Shown here: one piece after another, positions 25,566 to 31,057 of the stretch
Numbering within the stretch: position 1 is the stretch's first letter
Layout: every line of letters starts with the position of its first letter
DNA from: a virus
Taxonomy: Duplodnaviria > Caudoviricetes
DNA: 31,057 bases
Reading direction: 5' to 3' (one strand)
IMG/VR virus record: IMGVR_UViG_3300012943_000051
Coordinates: 1-31,057 of that record
Made by a program: the position numbers and the translations under genes
Notes under the pieces: model-generated
The model's input: only the letters and a program-made list of their open reading frames with translations
Database searches by the model: none
What the model was told of the DNA's origin: nothing

Positions 25566-26386
25566 CTGCGCCTGCACCCACCTGTCCCGATTGGCCGATC
25601 GTCTACCCCGGCGACTGCCCGGCGCTGGACGGTGTCGCCGACCCGCTGGTCTACGAGCAGATGGCCACCCAGTACCTGTGGAACTGGACCGGCCGGGTCT
25701 ACGGCACCTGCCCGGTGACGGTCCGGCCGTGCCGCTCGGACTGCGCCGAGGGCATGTCGACGTTCTGGGGTGGCGGTCCCTACCCTCGCGGGCCGGCTCT
25801 GCGCGGCAGTGCACCGTGGACTCCGGTGCTGCTGGCCGGGCAGTGGTTCAACGTGGCCTGCGGGAGGTGCGGCGACGACTGCTCCTGCGGCGGGGGCACG
25901 CCTGCGCTGCGCCTGCCCGGCCCGGTGGCCTCGGTCGATCAGGTGCTGATCGACGGCACCGAGCTGGATGCCGCCGCCTACCGGGTCGACAACCACAGCC
26001 TGCTGGTCCGGCTGGACGGAGACGCCTGGCCGATCTGCCAGAACATGAGCGAGCCGGTGTCCGCGCCGAACACCTTCGCGGTGACCTACGACTACGGCAG
26101 TGAAGTTCCGGTCGGCGGGCAGATGGCGGCCGGTGCGCTGTCCTGCGAGCTGGCTAAGGCGGCGTCCGGCGACAATTCCTGCCAGCTCCCCCGGCGCATC
26201 CAGACCATCGCCCGGCAGGGCGTCACCATCGGCTTCCTGGACGCGATGGATGACCTGGATAAGGGCCGCACCGGCATCTGGCTGATCGACTCCTGGGTCT
26301 CCTCGGTGGTGAACCCGCCGCGAGCGAGCCGGGTCTACTCGGTGGACATCCCGCGTCCTCGGAACCGGGTGACGACATGGCCCTGA
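25562..26386 (+). CDS. head-to-tail adaptor
   Basis: LWNWTGRVYG.C..TVRPC, LPGPV.SV.QV.IDG, LPRRIQTIARQGV and TGIWLIDSW. Confidence 0.75.
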   Translation: MTAPAPTCPDWPIVYPGDCPALDGVADPLVYEQMATQYLWNWTGRVYGTCPVTVRPCRSDCAEGMSTFWGGGPYPRGPALRGSAPWTPVLLAGQWFNVACGRCGDDCSCGGGTPALRLPGPVASVDQVLIDGTELDAAAYRVDNHSLLVRLDGDAWPICQNMSEPVSAPNTFAVTYDYGSEVPVGGQMAAGALSCELAKAASGDNSCQLPRRIQTIARQGVTIGFLDAMDDLDKGRTGIWLIDSWVSSVVNPPRASRVYSVDIPRPRNRVTTWP

Positions 26387-26928
26387 GCGGACCCAGGACG
26401 CCCATGACGGCCGAGGTGGTCGCTCCACTCTCGGAGACCCTCGGACCGCTGCTGACGGCGCTGCTGGGCTGCACGGTGGCGGCGTTGAACCCGACACCGA
26501 AGGTGTCCTTCGTGGCGACCGGCATCGCCCCGGCCTGGGATGAGTGCTGCGAGGGGATGGCCTGGGTCCGGGTGCAAAGCCTGGAGATGGTCAGGCCGCC
26601 GGCGATGGGAATGACCCTGGGTGACCCGTGCCGCCGGTCCTGGCTGACCACGGTCGGCGTCGGTGCGCTGCGCTGTGCCAGCACGGTGCAGGACATCGGC
26701 GGGAACTGGGCGCCGAAGCCGAGTGCGATCACCGCCGACTCGATGCAGGTGCTGCTGGACGAGGCGGCGATCCTGAACGCGATGCACTGCTGCGTGCCGC
26801 CGAGTACGGCGCTCAAGTCGCTGACGGTGGTGCGCTGGGACGCCCTCGGCCCGGAGGGTGGCTGCGTCGGCGGCGAGTGGACGGTCAATCTGACGGTGCA
26901 GTCCTACGAGTGCGCGGAGCCGCCATGA
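26377..26928 (+). CDS. neck / tail-terminator-like protein
   Basis: AWDECCEG.AWVR, GALRCA and GPEGGCVGGEW; position in the module (start may be 26404). Confidence 0.6.
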   Translation: MALSGPRTPMTAEVVAPLSETLGPLLTALLGCTVAALNPTPKVSFVATGIAPAWDECCEGMAWVRVQSLEMVRPPAMGMTLGDPCRRSWLTTVGVGALRCASTVQDIGGNWAPKPSAITADSMQVLLDEAAILNAMHCCVPPSTALKSLTVVRWDALGPEGGCVGGEWTVNLTVQSYECAEPP

Positions 26929-26987
26929 TTCGATCGAACCGTCCGTTCGCTCCGCTCCACCCCGTCCCTCCACGAAAGGACTGACCG

Positions 26988-27617
26988 ATGCCCTCATTCG
27001 GACCTGGCACGCTGAAGATCGGTGAGGTGGCGACGGCGATCGACGTCTCCTGCCTGGTCAACAACGCAATCCTGTCGGCGGAGGCCAATACCGCCGACCC
27101 GACCACCAAGCTCTGTGGCACGCAGAAGCTCGGTGCCACCACCTACACCGCCACTCTGTCCGGGAACATGGACATTGACCCGGAGGACCCGGACGGCATC
27201 TTCTGCCTGTCCTGGGCCGCGCCCGGCGAATCGCTGCCCTTCGAGTTCATCCCGAACAGCGAGATCGGCACCACGGCCACCGGCATGCTCACCCTGCAGC
27301 CACTCGACTTCGGCAGCAGCGGCGAGTTCGGCGAGGACATGACGGCTGACTTCGAGTTCCAGGTCGAGTGGAAGCCGGTGATCGACTGCAACGCGGCTCC
27401 GGTGATCGCGACCGGGGCGACCGCGGGCATCCCGGGCACCTGGACGCCGACCGGCAGCAACCCGCCGGCCGACGCGGCGGGAGCCACCGCCACCTCCGTG
27501 GTGGCCTCGCCGAACACCGCGTGGACCACCGGTCAGTACGTCCAGGGCAGCACGGCCGGTACCGGCGGCCGGATGCACTGGAGCGGCACGGCCTGGGTCG
27601 CGGGTGCGGCGACCTGA
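26988..27617 (+). CDS. major tail (tube) protein with a C-terminal accessory domain
   Basis: AAGGA RBS; GPGTLKIG...DVSC...KLCG and PFEFIPN; C-terminal ATGATAG.PG...AWTTGQYV...HWSGTAW. Confidence 0.75.
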   Translation: MPSFGPGTLKIGEVATAIDVSCLVNNAILSAEANTADPTTKLCGTQKLGATTYTATLSGNMDIDPEDPDGIFCLSWAAPGESLPFEFIPNSEIGTTATGMLTLQPLDFGSSGEFGEDMTADFEFQVEWKPVIDCNAAPVIATGATAGIPGTWTPTGSNPPADAAGATATSVVASPNTAWTTGQYVQGSTAGTGGRMHWSGTAWVAGAAT

Positions 27618-27620
27618 GTC

Positions 27621-28001
27621 ATGGCAGAGGCCAAGGTCGTGACCCGGGGGAACCATGTGCTGGCTGCCAGCCTGCGCAAACTGGGCCGCGACCTGGCCGA
27701 GCCGACGGTGGCGAACAAGCAGGCCGGGGCGATCATCGTTCGGCACGCGCGGGTGTTCTGCCCGGTTCGCACCGGTCGGCTGCAGGGCTCTATCCACGTC
27801 AAGGACACCCGCGGCAAAGGTGTCACGGTGGTCGCCAGCGAAGGTCTGGTCTACGGTCCGGTGCAGCACTGGGGCTGGTCTGCCCACAACATCCGGGCAA
27901 CGCTGTTCATGACCCGGGGACTGGAAGCGGCTGCGCCCGAGTGCATTCGGATGTACCAGGCGCAGGTTCAGAGGGACGTGTCGGAGGTCCACGGAGCATG
28001 A
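27621..28001 (+). CDS. HK97 gp10-like neck/tail protein
   Basis: CPVRTGRLQGSI, YGPVQHWGW..HNI and FMTRG. Confidence 0.75.
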   Translation: MAEAKVVTRGNHVLAASLRKLGRDLAEPTVANKQAGAIIVRHARVFCPVRTGRLQGSIHVKDTRGKGVTVVASEGLVYGPVQHWGWSAHNIRATLFMTRGLEAAAPECIRMYQAQVQRDVSEVHGA

Positions 28002-28291
28002 AGAAGCTCGACATCCACATCGAGATGGACAACGGAGATGTCTTCGACATCACCACCAAGACGGCGGACTACCTGCTGTTCGAGGTGACCGCCCAGAAGC
28101 ACAAGTGGGGTGCCATCTCGGAGAACCCGGCCCGCTGGGAGGCGTTCCTCGGCTGGTCGGCCCTGCGGCGGCTGGGCAAGTACGGCGGGACCTGGGAAGC
28201 CTTCCAGCGGGAGGTCGACATGGTCGAAGGGAAGCAGCAGGAGGTGGACCCTACCCAGTCGGAAGTTGGGGACGCCTCATTGTCGAGCTGA
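27998..28291 (+). CDS. tail assembly chaperone (G)
   Basis: GGAG RBS and ATGA overlap; lies just before the tape measure gene. Confidence 0.75.
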   Translation: MKKLDIHIEMDNGDVFDITTKTADYLLFEVTAQKHKWGAISENPARWEAFLGWSALRRLGKYGGTWEAFQREVDMVEGKQQEVDPTQSEVGDASLSS

Positions 28292-28497
28292 GCCTAGCCA
28301 CCAGGCTGCCGCCGGACGAGGTGGCGGCCTGGTCCGACGAGAGACTGGCGACCTACCTGGACGTGTTCGAGCAGCGGGCATCACAGGTCAAGCCCGAGAA
28401 GAAACCCGATCCACGCGGGGAGGAGGCACTGACCGGTGGCCGGCGTAGCCCAGATAATCGTCGAGGTCTTGGTCGAAGCGGGCAAGGCCGCCGGTGA
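28249..28497 (+). CDS. tail assembly chaperone frameshift extension (T part of G-T)
   Basis: The -1 frame reads PYPVGSWGRLIVELSLATRLPP...W.DE.LATYLDV and has no obvious start of its own. Confidence 0.65.
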   Translation, partial: PYPVGSWGRLIVELSLATRLPPDEVAAWSDERLATYLDVFEQRASQVKPEKKPDPRGEEALTGGRRSPDNRRGLGRSGQGRR

Positions 28498-31057
28498 GGT
28501 CGACTCGCTGGCCGACAAGTTCGACGCGATGGGCAAGAAGCTGGCCGGGGCGGCGGCCGGTGCCCTCGGGCTGGCCGCTCTCGCCGGGTTCGCCAACTCG
28601 GCGCTGAACGCGGCCTCCGACCTCGAACAGGCCATGGGCGGCGTGGATGCCGTGTTCAAGGACAGCGCCAGCGCCATCCACTCCTGGGCCGCGGACACCA
28701 GCGACAACATCCGCCTGCCGGCTGCCGAATTCGAGCGGCTGGCCCTGGTCATCGGGTCCCAGCTCAAGAACGCGGGCGTCCCGATGGACCAGCTCGCGGG
28801 CAAGACGAAGGAGCTGATCCAGCTCGGCGGCGACCTGGCGGCAGCCGTCGGCGGGACGACAGCCGAAGCGGTGGAGGCACTCTCGTCCGCTCTCAAGGGC
28901 GAGTTCGACCCGATGGAGCGCTACGGCGTGGCGCTCAAGCAGGCCAGCGTGAACACCCGCGCCCTGCAGATCGCGCAGGGTGACGCGGCGAAGGCGGCCG
29001 AGCGAAGTACCCAGGTCCAAGCGACCCTCGCGTTGATCACCGAGCAGACTGCCGACTTCCACGGGCAGGCCGCCAGGGAGGCGGACACCTACGCCGCCGC
29101 TCAGGAGCACCTGAACGAGGTTTGGCAGAACTTCCTGGCCGCGGCCGGGGGCGGAGCCCTGTCCGGAGCCGGTGGCATCCTGAACCTGCTGGCCGATGCG
29201 CTGACCACGATCCAGCCATTTGTGGTGGCCATCGGCACCCTGGCCGGGGCGTTCCTGTCGCTGCCCACGCCGATCCTGGCGGCGGTGGCCGCGTTCACCG
29301 CCTTCACCCTGCTGCGCGGGCCGATGATGGGTCTGCTGTCCGGGATCGGCACCGCGTTCACGAACTTCTACGTCAGCGCCAAGCAGCTCCAGGCCGGGGC
29401 AGTGGTCGCTGGTGGTTCGATGAATACCTTCACTGCCATGGCCCGGACTGCGGGTACCGCGGCCAAGGGCCTCGGCTCCGCGATGCTCGGTGCTCTGGGT
29501 GGGCCCATCGGCATTGCCATTACTGTCGCGTTGACCGCGATCACCCTCGGGCTGTCCAAGTTCGCCCAGGATGCCGCCCGAGCCAAGCAGATGTCGGAGC
29601 AGGCGGCTGCGGGCATCGATCAGATGGCCGATGCCATCAAGGGTCTGGACCCGGACCAGATCGGGAAGGTCGGTCGGGAAGCCGCCCTGTCCCAGATCAA
29701 GATGGCCTCCTGGGGCAAGGAGTCCAAGGATCTCTCGGATTTCAATGATCGGCTCGGGGTCAGCCTGGACCTTCTCCTGGACGGAATGACCGGAGTGCCG
29801 GGGGCCAGCGAGAAGATCGAGGCTGCGTATCAGGCCCAGACCAAGGCGCTCAATGACACCATCGCGGCGGGCACCACTTACGGCGCGCAGGGCGAGATGA
29901 TGTTCGATCCGTCAGCTCAGGCTGCCCAGGAGAACCTGCGAATTCTCGATGAGATGCACTCCGCTTACGGACCGATGCTCGACGTGCAGGGACAAGCGGT
30001 CAAGCAGAACGCCGAGGAGGCCGCGGCCATCGCCGGGTTGACCGACGCGCAGGCCGCGATGATCCCGACCACCGAGCAGGTGGCGCAGGCGTACGACAAG
30101 CTCAAGGCCGCGGTGAAGGCGGCGGCCGATGCGACCGAGGGTCAGGGCTTCCTGGACGCGATGGCCCAGGCGGCCGACCGGGCCAGCCGAGCGGCGGACA
30201 TCCTCGGTGCCCGGCTCGAAGCCTTGACCGGCCGGAACCTGTCCGTCGAGCAGAGCCTGGTCAACTTCCAGCGCGGCATCCAGGACCTCGGTGAGTCCTT
30301 CAAGGGCGTCGGGGACAAGGTGCCGTCCGACGAGTTGGCCGCCTTCAACGTCACCCTGCTGAACCAGTCCAAGGAGGGTCAGGGGGCCTACGACGCCCTG
30401 GTCGACCTGACCAGTGGCTACAACGACATCGTCTCCCAGGCGTTCGCCGCGGGCTCGGCGACCGGCGACTTCGGCAAGGGGATCGGGGACGCCTCGGCCG
30501 CGGCGGACAAGGCCCGGTCCGATTTCATCGGGATGCACGACTCGATGGGTCTGACCGAGCAGCAGGCCCAGGCGCTGGCCGACAAGCTCGGCATCCTCGA
30601 AGGCACCAAGCTGGACATCTCGATCATCGCGGACGACGCGCAGGCCCAGGCCAGCCTCAAGCAGCTCGAATCGCTGTCCATCGACCCGAAGACGATCGTG
30701 ATGTACGCCGACGACCAGGCGACTCCGGAGGTGGACGCCAAGGTCAGCTACATCGACTCGGTGACCGGCCTGCCGAAGATCATCACCCTCGGGGCCAATC
30801 CGACCAGTGCCGATGCGGTACTGCAGGCGGTGCTGGCCGACATCAACGCCTCCCACGGCACCACGACCATCGACGGCAATCCGGTCCCGGCCCAGACAGC
30901 GGTCGCCTCGGTCCCGGCGGCGGCAGCGGCGACGACGGCGACGGTGAATACCGCGGCGAACACGGCCCCGGCCGAGCAGCAGATCGGTGCGGTGGCGGAC
31001 GGGAAGCGGGATGCCTTCATCGAGGTCGGGGCGAATACGACCATTGCGCAGCAGGCG
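28436..31057 (+). CDS. tape measure protein (runs off the window end)
   Basis: AGGAGG RBS plus GTG; ASDLEQAMGGVDAVF and LKGEFDPMERYGV; long Ala/Gly-rich helical ORF in the same frame to base 31057. Confidence 0.92.
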   Translation, partial: MAGVAQIIVEVLVEAGKAAGEVDSLADKFDAMGKKLAGAAAGALGLAALAGFANSALNAASDLEQAMGGVDAVFKDSASAIHSWAADTSDNIRLPAAEFERLALVIGSQLKNAGVPMDQLAGKTKELIQLGGDLAAAVGGTTAEAVEALSSALKGEFDPMERYGVALKQASVNTRALQIAQGDAAKAAERSTQVQATLALITEQTADFHGQAAREADTYAAAQEHLNEVWQNFLAAAGGGALSGAGGILNLLADALTTIQPFVVAIGTLAGAFLSLPTPILAAVAAFTAFTLLRGPMMGLLSGIGTAFTNFYVSAKQLQAGAVVAGGSMNTFTAMARTAGTAAKGLGSAMLGALGGPIGIAITVALTAITLGLSKFAQDAARAKQMSEQAAAGIDQMADAIKGLDPDQIGKVGREAALSQIKMASWGKESKDLSDFNDRLGVSLDLLLDGMTGVPGASEKIEAAYQAQTKALNDTIAAGTTYGAQGEMMFDPSAQAAQENLRILDEMHSAYGPMLDVQGQAVKQNAEEAAAIAGLTDAQAAMIPTTEQVAQAYDKLKAAVKAAADATEGQGFLDAMAQAADRASRAADILGARLEALTGRNLSVEQSLVNFQRGIQDLGESFKGVGDKVPSDELAAFNVTLLNQSKEGQGAYDALVDLTSGYNDIVSQAFAAGSATGDFGKGIGDASAAADKARSDFIGMHDSMGLTEQQAQALADKLGILEGTKLDISIIADDAQAQASLKQLESLSIDPKTIVMYADDQATPEVDAKVSYIDSVTGLPKIITLGANPTSADAVLQAVLADINASHGTTTIDGNPVPAQTAVASVPAAAAATTATVNTAANTAPAEQQIGAVADGKRDAFIEVGANTTIAQQA

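Noticed and set aside
1-31057. tRNA, rRNA, integrase, lysis or replication genes
   Set aside because: None recognisable by eye in this window, so lifestyle and prophage status cannot be determined.

Overview
GC-rich tailed-phage (siphovirus-like) genome segment, most likely infecting an actinobacterium. Left to right: small hypothetical genes (1-1.7 kb); a probable DNA/nucleotide-modification cluster (2OG-Fe(II) oxygenase-like, glycosyltransferase, SAM methyltransferase, PAPS-reductase/IbrA-like, IbrB-like ParB, two more ParB-N paralogues); small and large terminase; capsid maturation protease; an inverted DUF1360-portal-MuF cassette; a 5-kb island of small genes and an ATP-dependent ligase driven by four stereotyped promoters; a perfect 50-bp palindrome; then the capsid, neck and tail genes, ending in a truncated tape measure gene. 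Top finding: two homing-endonuclease genes (LAGLIDADG, HNH) lie wholly inside host genes in an alternative reading frame. The host frame stays open, there is no evident intron or intein, and each has a candidate leaderless promoter (TANNNT-N6-start) written into host codons. Second: four promoters carry a perfect CRP-type box (TGTGA-N6-TCACA) exactly 60 bp before a TACAAT -10 box. All product calls come from motif recognition by eye; no database searches were run.
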